From: Paramecium tetraurelia
Taxonomy: Eukaryota
NCBI GenBank assembly: GCA_000165425.1
Contig: CT868529.1
Span: 248,001-312,000, forward strand
Reading direction: 5' to 3'
DNA: 64,000 bases
Positions 28,672-41,814 of the stretch are shown here, in pieces (the stretch's first letter is position 1; every line of letters starts with the position of its first letter). The position numbers and the translations under genes are program-made. The notes below the pieces were generated by a model. That model did not search any database. It saw only the letters and a program-made list of their open reading frames with translations, and was not told where the DNA came from.

Positions 28672-31600
28672 ATGAGTTATTTTTCTTTGTCGCCTTCAAG
28701 TGAAATACTTTCTCATCAAAGTAAGGTGTAAAGCATCAATAATTTTGAAAATTTTGTTCGATCGAAAAGGGAAAGGGATAAAACTATTGACAATAAGTAG
28801 GTTAAGGAATTCAGAGTTATTGCAAAATTTCTTTAGAAATATGAAATATATGTGTAAATGCTTCTTGGCAGATAATTATCCCATAAGGATGAAATGAAAT
28901 TAAGTTAGAAATGGAGCGATAATGTTGATAGTTTTAATGATTAGATGTTGCCAGACGCTATTTTGAGGTTTTGATTTTAATATTATATTTTAGATTTCCA
29001 AACCCTGATTTTAAAAATTGCGAATCATATGATACAATGACAGCATTAGAATCTATGCTCTATATTGAGAGAGTTTTGAAATTAGATAGAAATAATATTG
29101 AAAATAAAATTTTTTTTAAGGCTGTCGAAGGAGTATTGACAAATCTTGAACCAAATAAAATTTCAAGGGTCAGATTCGCATTCACCTAAAATTCATAATT
29201 AAAAGCAACTCATTAAGATTTATATTTATTGGACAACATTCATTAATAAATAAGTGAAAATAATGAACCTATCTATGAGACCATGTAGAAAAAATAAACT
29301 GACACTCAAAATCATTCACTGCCTAAAATTGACATGCTCAATAAGTTAATTTCAAATTTTAAAGAATTATTAAATAATAAAACTGACTAATAAGCTAATA
29401 TTAGATAAAAATTAAATGAACTTTTAGATGTAGACTATAATATTTTGAAGAGGATCTCACCAAGAAAAATGAAAAATGGAGGATTTCTGACTTTCACTAA
29501 TGGAACATGGTCTCGAAATTAATCTGATGCTGCAGACTTTCTTACTTTAATGAGAAATATCATTATTGTCTAATTATTATTAACTGGATATAATGTATAC
29601 AATTCAATTTCAGAAGATGGGAAATATATATTTTGTAAATTGTATGCAACTGAAGACAATCTTAAGACAATGGCTGAAAAACAGAAAATGAAAAAAAAAT
29701 TAAACTTTTGCTTCTCTGATCTATTTTCTTTAGAACCAGTTGATAAAAGCTTTCGACCTTTAAGATTGAACAATAGATTATGGAAGCCAGATGATTATGA
29801 TGATTTGACAGATATGTTTCTTTATTTAAGACCAAAGATCATAAACCTAATAGAAGATATAAATTTCAAGAGAGTTGCTAGAGAAGTAAATTAGAGTAGA
29901 ATAAGCAATCAATTATTTTAATATGGCAAATTGGATATCTAGGATGATGATGAGCTGCCTACTGATCTCCAATGGTTCGCATATTATTAATATCTTGTCC
30001 ATCTTGAAAAAGAATTAAGAAGTATTAGAGTTAAGAATGTAATCAACAGCGATATAGCAGCTTTGATAAACAAATAGTTAACACCTTATGAATTATACAT
30101 AATCAGAAACAATAAAAATGATCAAGTGAAGAAATTAACAAAACAAAATATCAAGGATAAATAAAATTGGTTCCATTAATAGGAAGTCAAAAAGATACAA
30201 GAGAAGGTTTTTGAAGTGATTTAAGAATATTCTAGATTTTTCGTACAGGCTGATAAGGTCACCACTAAATTACTAAAATTATTCAAACAAGAAAGATTGG
30301 CGTAAAAGTACTTTAAAATTTTTGAGGAAGCATTAAAAGTGGCAAATTCGGAAGGAAAAGTACTTTTTAACTTTTGGGATATGATACATTTCGAAAGATT
30401 AGATTCATATGTTATTTTTACTAAACCAACCAAAACCTGTTCTACAACTATGAAATACTAGTACAAGATGTGTTGGTGTAAATATCAGATAAATGAAGAA
30501 AAAAAAATTTCTTTGTTTTCTTCTTCAGAACGTTTGAAGTTGGTAGAATAGTCAATAGATTCATTATTTTAGATGAATGATTTAATAAGCAAGAAAGTTG
30601 TTATATCCCTATTCTGTGTTAATGATCATTATGAATTATTTGGACATTAAACCATTCACTAATAAGAAAATTTAGACGAAGACTTTTATAGAAGGAAGAT
30701 GTATCATCTTGAATACGAATGGGCATTCAATATAGCCAAACCTTGGAGTACTCCGATAAATCAAATTTGTGAATATTATGGTGAAAAGATTGGACTCTAT
30801 TTCTATTACACCACTTATTATACATAAATGTTATTGAAAATTGCCTTTATTGCACTGGCATGTAATTTAATTTAATGGGTCATATAAGATAGTGAAAGTG
30901 ATCTCTACTATTTATTAAGAATTATTTTTGCATTTCTCTAAATCCAATGGACGAATCTATTTGTTGTACTTTGGTAAAAGAAGTAATTAATATTTAATAT
31001 TTAATTTGGTTAAACAGCTAAGGAAGAAATCTAAAAACAGAGGAGTAATTTTATAGGAAGTTACAAAAGATCTGTTGAAAATGACTACATGAATTCTATT
31101 GGAATTAATTCATTTGAATTGTTTACTCGTATGCTATTTGCTACTTCTACGTTGATATTCATCATTGGATTATATGCAGCCATAATGATTGGTTTGTATA
31201 TACTTACAACAACTCTTAAGGCATCATTTCAGAATATATAGGCATTGTAGAGTGGATTCTTTGAAATTCTAGTCACAGCTTCCATAAATATAGTAATAAT
31301 TCAGTTTTTAGATTAAGTATATGATATAATTGCTATTCATTTGACTGATTTTGAAAATCAAAAATCAGTTAAAGATTATGAAGAGAGCTTTATAGTTAAA
31401 AAATATATTTTGTATTTTTTCTCTTATGTTGGACCCTTAATTGTAATTGCATTCTTGAATGGACCATTCGACTTGTATTGCAAGGAAACTAATTGTTCTG
31501 ATCATGTTTAATATCATTTTGCCACTATGATTATATGGATATTTATATTCAAGACTTTCAAAATTATAAAATTACTCTATTATGTTAAGAAGATCCCAAT

Positions 31601-34600
31601 ATTTAAATATACCTTCTATGAAAATGAGATCAATAAGTATGTTGAGGAACAATCGAATAGATAAAATTATGCTAAAAGCTAAGAGAGATATGGAACTTTA
31701 GAAGATTATATGGAGATCTTTTTATAAAATACATTGCTGTCTATTTTTGGTTATACATTCCCTTTTAGCTTTTTTCTTCTATGGGTTTAGAATATTGCAC
31801 AAATGCAAGCAGATAAGGCTAAATTTATTTACTATCTTCAGAGACCCTGGCCTTAAAATAATTCATCTCTAGGAGTATGGAATAGTATCTTAGAGCTAAT
31901 TAATTATGTTTGTATTCTAACAAATACAGGATAAATGATTATAGATTATAGTTTTAAGTATGGAGAGGAGTTGATTTTAATTTATTTAACATTCTTAATT
32001 AGCAATTTTATGATGAATTTCATTATCAATGGAATTTTAGGATAAATCCCTTTTGAATTAGGTTTGTTTTTATAAAGATAAAAATACTTAATTAAAAGTA
32101 CTATTGAATAATTTAAAAAGACTCAGGCAAAGGCTCTAATGAAAAGTCAAGAAAATTTAAAGAAATTTCCCTTATTCAAAGTTTTTGGTTCATCAAACAT
32201 TGAAATTAAGGGATAATTTGAAACAATTAGTTCTGAAGATGAATTATTTGATCATTACGATCTGAACTATATGGAAAAGTTTTGCGAAGTATAAAAAAAA
32301 GACAAATTAAAATAAAATAAGGGTGTAGAAAATTACCCATAAAAAACTTTTAAAAACATTGAAAATAATTAATTAAGATCGACAAAAAATATAGAAAATC
32401 ATCAAAGAAGAACATTAATAGGATCCTTTCAAAAGCTACCCTTAGGGTCAATTTAAAAGCTACCTATTGGATCCATATAAAAATTACCTTTAGGATCTGT
32501 TTAAAAAATTCAGGAATCTAAATAAACTTTGAGTATTGAAGATAAATTTGGAAAGCATAAATTCTTGTTTAAAGAAGAAAAGGAGAATAAAAAAGAATAA
32601 AAATAAGTTGTGAATAGATAAATTAGTGCCCTATTTGATTAAGTAATGTCACATTAAACAATTTCAAAATATTTCTAACGTAGAAAAAATAACTACGTTT
32701 TTGAAATAAAAAAATGGAAAAGGTCAGACAAAAAAAAGTTGCATTCAGCATAAGAGTTTTTATATTAAAAAGTACTATTAAACTCTCATAGGTTAATCTG
32801 GTCTGACCTAAAGATTTCATGTAGATTTGTGTATATGAGAAGAAAGACTTTATACCTAAGGAACCTTGATTATAGAAAATTTACTATCTTCAAAAGGAAT
32901 TAACAGGCCATTTAAGAGCTATACAAAGAAAAGGCAAAAAATAAATTTAGAAAAGATTTCAAATTACTTTAGAATTCCAAAAGAAATACAAATCATATAA
33001 ATATTAAAGAAGATATAGAGGAATTAAGTCTCTTGAAGATAAAATAAAAGAACTATATCAATAAACATACTTGGCTCAATAGTAGAAAAGTCTTACTCTT
33101 GAAAGTCAAAGGAATTTGGTTTAGTTAATATAGAAGATTATGCTAAAGGGTTCCTTCCTTTAAAATAGCATTAGATTTTCTCTCTAAAGCCAAATTAATT
33201 GAAAAAATTAGAGGAGAGACAGATCTTAAAGAGAAACTTGCGAAATCTCTAGGAGATCCAGCAAAAATCTAATATATTGGACTAGATACTTTAATTACAG
33301 GATATCTATCATTACAATATAAGTATTTTATTTGTATATTTAAAGTCCCAAAGATAGATTTGAAATTCCATGTACAACCAGATAATTCAATATAATTGAT
33401 TACTACATCAATAAAAAGAAATCAGACATTTTCACATTCATAGTGGATAGTTTTAGGGACACTTACATCTTTGATCATTAATACTAAAAATTGTAATAAT
33501 TTTCAATGCAGTATTTTGAAGAAGAACTATTTCCTATTGAAAACTTTAAGTTGAGAAGATAATTAAATAGTACTACTTGGATTAGTGAAAATTAATAGGG
33601 GAGAAAATTCTTAATATAATTTTTGTAAATCAGGCATGAATAGTAATTTAAATATTAAAGGCCTAATTACGAGAGCTATGGAGTTTGTTATTTAGAGGGA
33701 GACCTCAACATTCGACTTAGCAATTTAGTAGATTAGGTTGATGACTTCTATATAAAGGGATATTGTGTCATAAAATATAATGTATATTCTTAAATAACTT
33801 TAAAATAAGTAATAAAATATAGGTTTATTCATGGGATACAATATAAAATAGAAGAACTCTATGAATTTTTACATGCCTGTCTCTAGATTATAAAGCAGTA
33901 GAAGTGTGGAGACATAAATTTAAGTAGTTTTGTGTTTCATCAAAGAACCTATATATTATTCAAATCTAATCATAATGATGATGATGACTTAATCAACTTG
34001 GCATAAGTCATTATTGAAATGATATTATTAAAACCAGTCCCTGATGCAATTTCTGGGTATTCTAAAATTACTATATCCCATCCCCTTAAGCCAATACTTT
34101 AATCAATGATTTACGAAGATGTATAAATTGATGATTTACTCTATAGAATCCCTCTTACATCTAGTTTTGTTGAAATTGACGTAGAGGATGAGATTAAAAT
34201 AAAAGAGAGAAAAAAAGATGAAGATATTATAGATTTCTTAACTCTCTCGATTCATTAAATCAATTTGAATTTCAGAATGAAATAATTTAAAGAAGCCTTA
34301 AAAGAAATTTAAAAGGCAGAAATTTAATTGAGCAACAATAAATTTACATCTGCAACTTCAATTGAATAGGGGTTTTATCGCTATTTTATAACAAATCAAT
34401 ACAAAATTTTGACTAGTCATTCAGACATCTCTTTTACATTTAATGTTCTCTTAATTATATATATTAAATTTGGCACTTTATTGTAAATGAAGTTTAATTT
34501 TATATAAGAACTGGAAATGCTCTACTACGCTTTGATGCGATCAGTTGAAAGCTTAGATGATTTAGTTAAATAATTAACTCTTAATGTTAAATTAGAGTAA

Positions 34601-37600
34601 CTGACAAACACAGAATAGAAGATTATGTTGAGAAGAAAGTTAACACGATCTAATTCACAAATAGACTTATAATCAAAAGATAGATTACAACTTATTAAAG
34701 AAATTAGAAAGAATCCTACACATATCAAAATAATTACCAAAGTGAAAAAGGAATTATAACGATATTGCTTATAATTTCAAGCTTTGCATTCATTATATCT
34801 CTATTTCAATTAGGATTTCGTTTATTCTGCCTAAATTTTAGAGGATATCTAAACTACCTAGACTATGATTATTTAGGCTTAAACAAAAATCATATAGGTT
34901 GTTGAAGAACCTGATGATTTAACACCTAATTAATTTAATTTTAACCAATAATCCCCCACTTTAGATGCTGCTTTGAAGATTGCTTAAGAGGATAACTTTG
35001 AAATATAAAAAGAATTTGATGACTCTCCTAATTACTGTTTACAGTTATTATATTACAAATATTTATAATTAATTGTGTGGTTTGATGGAGGAAAAGAAAC
35101 TTTTCATAATAATTACAGTGACTTCCTAAAAGATCAAGTCAGCTCGCCTGTCTATGAATATTTCTCGTCATAATTGAAGATAATTTAAAGATACGAAATA
35201 CCAAAAGACTATATTGCATTTAATAAGGAATGTGAAATTGGAAAATACATTGTAATAAGCATGAATAAGTGGATTGAATAGTCGTACTTCATTCCTTCCA
35301 AACTAGAATATTGTAATGACTTTCAATTGATGTGGAAACAATTGACATCCTATAGTGTATTAGAGTAATCATTAGAAAACAGACAGATACTAATTAAATT
35401 ATTAAACTAGAAGGAGCAAACTCTTCCATACATATTATTAGAACTAAGAGCCATCCATTAACTTCTTCATTTAGATAATTATGTTCCACTTCATATATCT
35501 TTGAATCCGAAACATATTAACACAAAGAATCTTAATAGCAGTTTTGTTAAAAATAGCTTAATAAAAAGACTACAACAATTGCATAATGAAGTCTCGATTG
35601 ATTCAGATTCTTGGTTTCATTCTAAAGGATTATTGCAATTTAGATTATTTTACATTTTATCTCTGTTTTTCTCGTTTTCTAGAAAGCATTTTGAAAATAT
35701 GATGGCAGAAGATTCTAATTTATTATTTTTAGGGGAAATGGCAATGAAACAAGCATCATGCTAATCTGAATCAGATGCAAAAAGAGTTTAAGCATCTTAA
35801 ATAAGAATGATGACATTTGATGTAAAGGAATTGAAATCTGATCCAAAGCCAAATCAAGTTAATAAAATACTAAGTTCATATTTTTTCATAAGGGATTTTA
35901 TCTCACAAAATGAAGATGATGATCTCAAATTTTTGATAGATAAATATAATGATTAATTGAAGCCATCTTTAATTGTCTTGGCAATCATTCAATACTATAT
36001 CGCTATTGATCGTAAGGACTTAGCTGATATAATCATTTTATAAACCTTCAAATTAATTGAGTATAATGTGAGTCTGTTTGACTATGCTCATCCTACCTTT
36101 AAAGAAGATCTGCTGTTGTTATAAATAAAGGTTAATGAGGAAAAATTGGTTCACATGGAACCCTTTGACAGACTATTTAAAAGGAAAGCTGATTTTAGAA
36201 GTCTTACATCAGATGTTTTATTAAATTTATAGTATGTGATATATAATTAGTTCTTTCATCTAGATATTTAATTTAATATTGATATGTTGGAGGATTAATT
36301 TAAGAATTTCAGCCAATTGCCACCTTAATATGATAAACTAAAAAGTATATATTAATTATATCTGCTGTATTTGCAGACTACGCAAGGAAACATTAATTTG
36401 GAAGAAATCGAAAAGTACTAATTATAATATATCAAGATTTATAAAAATAGAATTTAAATAGAATACTGCTTATTCAGCAATAATTAAAAATATTTTAGTT
36501 AGATATTATATTAATATGCAAGACTTTGAATTGGCCTTACCCTTAGTCTAAAATATTTTAGATTACCTGTATTCTCTAAAAATATTATCAAACTTCGTAT
36601 TAAAATAAATTAATGAAACCAGCTATGTAAGACTAGATAGTGATTATGATAGGTTATTGAAAATAATGTGAATTTCATATCATCAATTGTGGATGTTTAA
36701 TTAATTGAAGTCCATCCTGAAGAAACGGATGACTAATATTTTCATATTATTGATACGTAGTTCATACAGGAGAATTTGATTCATTACATAGATATTATTA
36801 CTAATCTATAAGATGATACTCAAAAATACCCCAAAATATAAGAAATATTTAAGCTCTTATTTGAAATATCAGAACCGACAACTTAAAATAACCTATTTAA
36901 GGTGTTATCGCAATTATTTTTATGTTATTCACAACCTGAATACCTTCCCTCTATTTTCAATCAAGTATACAAAAATCAAGAGAGATAAGTAAGTATCCAT
37001 CAACTATTTTATAATAGCTCTATACATATCTGAATCAAAGGAATGGCTTAAAAGAGAAAATGAGTCAATTAATCATAATTAATGAACTAAGCGAAGAGGA
37101 CAATGCCAAAATGACTGCTTAAATCAATGTTCTGAATTATCTAATCACTATATACGAAAGTGTGAGCAAAGGCATTACTCAAACCACTATTTTAAGTTGG
37201 AGCATATAAGCTGCTGAAAAAGCCATGATTGGGTACAAAATTTAAGGCAAAAACTTTTAATCTTCATGTCATTTCATATACCCTCAACTGTTTCTATAAT
37301 TGTCTGATTGTTTTGTAAGGTTAGGGTAAATTTCAACTGCTTTGATACATATTGATTAGTCTGAAGAAGATTTGTTGGATTGGTTCCGTTAAAATAAACA
37401 TCCTTTAAAAGGGTTTTTCTTTATGAAATAAGCTCTCTTAAGGCCCCTTTTAACAGAATTATTTACTAAATATACAGCTTTGTTAATGGAGTTGTAATAG
37501 ATTAATCGATTATAAATTTATGATATTATTCGTGCTCTATTTTAATTCAATAAAAAAATTTTACAACTTTTTGAAAATAGCTATGATTATCAATCATTAG

Positions 37601-37868
37601 AATATGGCTTATTAGCTTATACTAAATCTTTAGATTCAGCTGATAAAATCACAGTGGACATATTTGAAATGTATCAAGGGAATGAGCCAATTTCATTAAT
37701 GAAATAAGTTATGAAGATTTCTCCTTATGATATGACAGGAATAAATATTTTAATTGATGTAAAATATATTATTTACATAATAAATAGGCCTAGTCCATTT
37801 TTCAATTATTTAATTAAAATAATTAATTTACTAAAATAGTCTAAAAAAAAATAGAAGAGTACATTTGA
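28672..37868 (+). CDS. Giant anoctamin/TMEM16-family protein (~3000 aa) with very long C-terminal extension
   Basis: Anoctamin motifs PINQICEYYGEKIGLYF, LTDFENQKSVKDYEESFIVKKY, TLEDYMEIFLQ, QADKAKF..LQRP, SLGVWNSIL at ~30750-32050. The frame stays open, via introns near 28968, 33323, 36415, 36989 and 37759, to TGA 37866-37868. Confidence 0.85.
32421..32510 (+). repeat. In-frame 24-bp tandem repeat (~3.7 copies) encoding GSxQKLP(L/I)
   Basis: GSFQKLPL GSIQKLPI GSIQKLPL GSVQKI; units start at 32421, 32445, 32469 and 32493. Confidence 0.9.
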
Positions 37869-37964
37869 CTTAAATAATTTAATTCACTCAATTTTATTAT
37901 TATTAATATGATATTTATTTATGTAATATAATTAATCACAAACTTCGTTTTTATTAATTTAATT

Positions 37965-38765
37965 ATGGAATACATTTCAAGATCAAATATAGCAAAAATG
38001 TTCGGCAACTAACTTGTGAAAGGCTCAACAACAGATAAGTGCAAGAAATTAGTTTCTTGGAGTTGGGAAATGCTTGGTTCACTTTTAATTATTATGGGAA
38101 GTCCATTATCAGTAAAAAGTCTCAAGAATATCGATGAATGTGATTCATTGAAGTCTATCGATATCAATAGATAAAAGGAGTTCACTTTAGTGTTGGATCT
38201 TGATGAAACATTGATTCATTCAGATCTAGAAAGAACTTCTATTCTAGACGAAGAAATTATAGTAAAAATAGGAGAGAATATTGAAAAATATTATATTAAG
38301 GTGAGACCTTATGCTAGAGAGTTCTTATAAAGCCTTTCTTAATTGTTTGATTTGGTCATATTTACAGCTGCTTTAAAGGAGTATGCTGATAAGGTTATTG
38401 ATTTTTTAGACCCATGTGGATTTATCAAAAGAAGATTCTATAGAGATGTAATATAAAATTTATAAAATTAGAGTTGTACAAAAAAGGATGGTGTATATTA
38501 CAAAGACCTAACAAAAGTGAACCAAAATTTAGAGAAAACTTTCATAATTGACAATTCGTTGTCTGGAATGCAATTAAATTTATGTAGAAAATATTTTTTA
38601 TTCGAAGCAAATGGAATGTTGATTAAATCATGGTATAATGACACTAAAGATCAAGAGTTGAAGAAATACTAAAGCATGATAAAAAAGGGGATTAAATAAG
38701 GTGATAATGTTGTTACTTGCATAAGTGCGATGAAGAGCAAGTATCCAAATAATATTTTGAATTGA
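37965..38765 (+). CDS. NLI-interacting factor / SCP-FCP1-type HAD phosphatase
   Basis: TLVLDLDETLIHS, KVRPYAREFL, IFTAALKEYADKVIDFLDP, RFYRD.C, YYKDL, FIIDNS. Confidence 0.92.
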
Positions 38766-38905
38766 TTTGAGTCGATTTAACTATTTATTATTGATATGTT
38801 TATTTAATGACATCTTATGTTGATATTTTTACTATAGATATATATTTATAAGGCTAATTTACATAAATAAATTAAACATATTTTATTAATTTTTTTATAA
38901 ATAAA

Positions 38906-39199
38906 ATGAAGTTTGAGGAAATCATTAGAAAATATGTCAGTCCAATCAAGAGATTTGATCATGTTTTGCCTAATAATTATTCAGCCTAAGATATTTATAA
39001 TTATTATGAAGAATTGGTATTTGATTTAGTGAATTAGGCTAAATTTAATGAGATTGAATCATTTACAAAAATCAGATTTGCAAGAAAATTCGCAGAAGTT
39101 GCATAAACACAAGACCAAATGGATTGGTTGAATGATAGAGCCAAGGAGATTTCTAATGTGGCCATGAGTTTATTCAGACTCAGATTTCCTTAATTATGA
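38906..39199 (+). CDS. Small hypothetical protein (97 aa)
   Basis: Intronless frame MKFEEIIRKYVSPIKRFDHVLP...SLFRLRFPQL-TGA with coding-like composition between AT-rich spacers. Confidence 0.7.
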
Positions 39200-39249
39200 G
39201 AAATAGAAAGATATTAAAAAATATAAACAATATATTTCTTTATATTGAG

Positions 39250-39962
39250 TCAATGTTCTTTTGAGAATTGCCCCTTTGATATTTCTATTAGATGAGGATA
39301 TTAAAGTTTAGAATTCAATATGTCTTATGCCCATTATAATATTTTCATTAGTATTGTTATTTTAGCTTGCTCATTTCCTTAAGAGTCTTAAAACAATTAT
39401 TAATTGACTTCGCTTGCTACCTTAATTCTTTGGGAATTTTGAGTTAGATGATTTAAAGGACATTTACTAAGGTCTTTGTAAGCTAATAAAGACATGGCCT
39501 TTTCAATTTCATCAATAAGATGAGGCTTAATACAATCCGAAAATATACTTAATCTTTTAAGAAGTCTATAATTTAATTTTGGGCATATGAAACAGCCTGA
39601 TCTAATTCGTTAACTTTAATAAGTTCTATCAGCTTTTGCATTTTCAACTTAAACAGAATTTATTTATTGTTGCTCATCGATACTTTTTATAAAGCAGAAT
39701 CAATCTCACCATTCAATATATTTTTCTTAATTTCAATTCTTTCAATCATCTTATCAAGTTCTTTGTTTGACACTTTACAATAAAATATTTAAATAATACA
39801 TTAAATCCCAGCCTCTTTAGAAAATTCAATAGCTGCATCCCTGTAGCCTTCAACTATGAAAAAGTTGAGTACAAATTCATTCATTTTAGCTTTTGGTATT
39901 GTAATATTGTTTTGATTTTGATGCCAATCTTCAGCGGAAATTTTATCAAAAGTTTAATTCAT
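39250..39962 (-). CDS. GID8: GID8/TWA1 (LisH-CTLH-CRA) subunit of the CTLH/GID E3 complex
   Basis: KMNEFVLNFFIVEGYRDAAIEFSKEAG (LisH), ERIEIKKNILNG (CTLH), EIEKAMSLLAY, QRIKVASEVN. Confidence 0.85.
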
Positions 39963-39993
39963 TTATTATTAATAAAATAAATAATATAATCCA

Positions 39994-41570
39994 TCAAAAT
40001 TATTCATATTCTAAATCATCATATTCTTCGATAGGTTGTTGAGGCTTTGATTCAAGAACGCCTAAATTACACAAACATAAAGTAGCTATGGATTTTTCAT
40101 TTAAATGATTGGCACACTATATAAATAATTGATATAAGCATACTTAGATTGCATTTCTTAAAATATCTGTTTAAATTTCAACTGGAGTTTGTAAATATCC
40201 GGATATTTTAATTAAATTTAATAGACACTCCAATTGCAATTTATGATTTTTTAATCTTCTGGCTAATTCATAACAATTCTGTCATATTAAATTTATAATA
40301 AATACTTGAAAATTCTCATAAGCCAATTGATATTATTTAATTTCTAAATAAACTATCCCTAATTATCCAAAGGATATACATTGGGATTCTGCTTCATCTC
40401 TTTTCTGGGCACCAGTGCTCCAAAGCTTATTCAAAATATTCCACTGAATCCTCGTAATTTCTTAACCTTCTTTAAGCTAATCCCATATTATAAAAACCAG
40501 TGAACATATTCTCTTAATCGGAATATTAAAGGTTTTGCTTATGGAACTCAATTGATTTAGTGTAATTTCCAGCATTGTAATAGTTAAAAGCCACTCTATT
40601 CGTTCCCAATGCCATCCCTATCTTATCCTCCATCAATTTAGCACAAGCCACAAACTTTTTGTAAAATCTGACAGCTTCATTATGATTTTTGCTGCTTTCA
40701 TAAACCATTCCCAAATAAAAGGATAAATGAGCTTCCTTCTGTATGTCCCCAGCCTACATACCTGCTTTGGCCCTTACTAACAAATCCTTGATGCTGGTTC
40801 TATTATTTTCCTTGACATTATGAGTGTAAGGGATAGAAGGAGCATACCCATTGCCAGGAGTTAAAGGGGAAGCAATACTGGCATTGGGGAGATCTGGAGG
40901 TTAGACAGAAATTTGTTGATCAAAAAATTAAAAGTTCGTTTCAGGTTGAACTGCTAAGTCCATTTATGCCACCTTGTCGATTTCTTTTTTTAAATCAATA
41001 TTGTCCATCGGAGCAGTTGATTTCATGATTTGTTCATTGAGCAAAGATCCCAGTAAAGTCTTGGTTTGCTTCTCTTCCACTTCTTTTATGTTTAGTATTT
41101 TGTCATATTGTTTGGCTTATCCTTTGTGAAAGAGAGCTTCAAAGTCCTTCTCCTTTTCTTTTAACTCTTATAATGCATCTGCTTTTGGTTATACAAATAT
41201 GTCTTTATACATTTGCATTTCATTTTCCTATCTCCTAAGAGGTTTCTTTTTATATTCTTTTGGCTAGAAATAACATCGCAGATAATTATTACCTGAATGA
41301 CTCTTTATTAACTAGGCTGAACACTTTTTAATAGGTTTGGATTCAATATTGTGCTTTCTATTTTAGTTTGAAACTCACTCAATACTTCTTGAGTCTTGTA
41401 ACTTAAGAAATTAGATTATTATACGTAATAGGTTATAATCTTTCAGCAACCACAAATCTTGAAGGCTGATAATTTTTGGTCTATATTTTTTCGTTTGAAA
41501 CCTAGATCTTAATAATTGGCTTGGTTGTTTTCTTGGCAAGTGCAGGTGGAGATTTTGATTTATCACTCAT
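39994..41570 (-). CDS. TPR-repeat protein with low-complexity N-terminus
   Basis: TPR-like helices AHLSFYLGMVYESSKNHNEAVRFYKK, LGTNRVAFNYYNAGNYTKSIEFHKQNL, GFYNMGLAQRRLRNYEDSVEYFEQAL. Confidence 0.8.
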
Positions 41571-41814
41571 AATATAAAATATAAATGATTAATTTAAATT
41601 AAATTATAGTAATAAATTGAAATCCATGACAATCAATTTCTTCAATTTTTTCAAATTTATCATTCAAATCAATTTGTGATATGGTTTGAATCAAATGAAT
41701 TATAGTTTTAAAATATAGATTGCAATATAACATATTTTTTATCTATTTTTATCTGATGATTTTAATTATCAATTAGATAATCATTTAACTAATAAAATAT
41801 TATTAAGAATTTCA

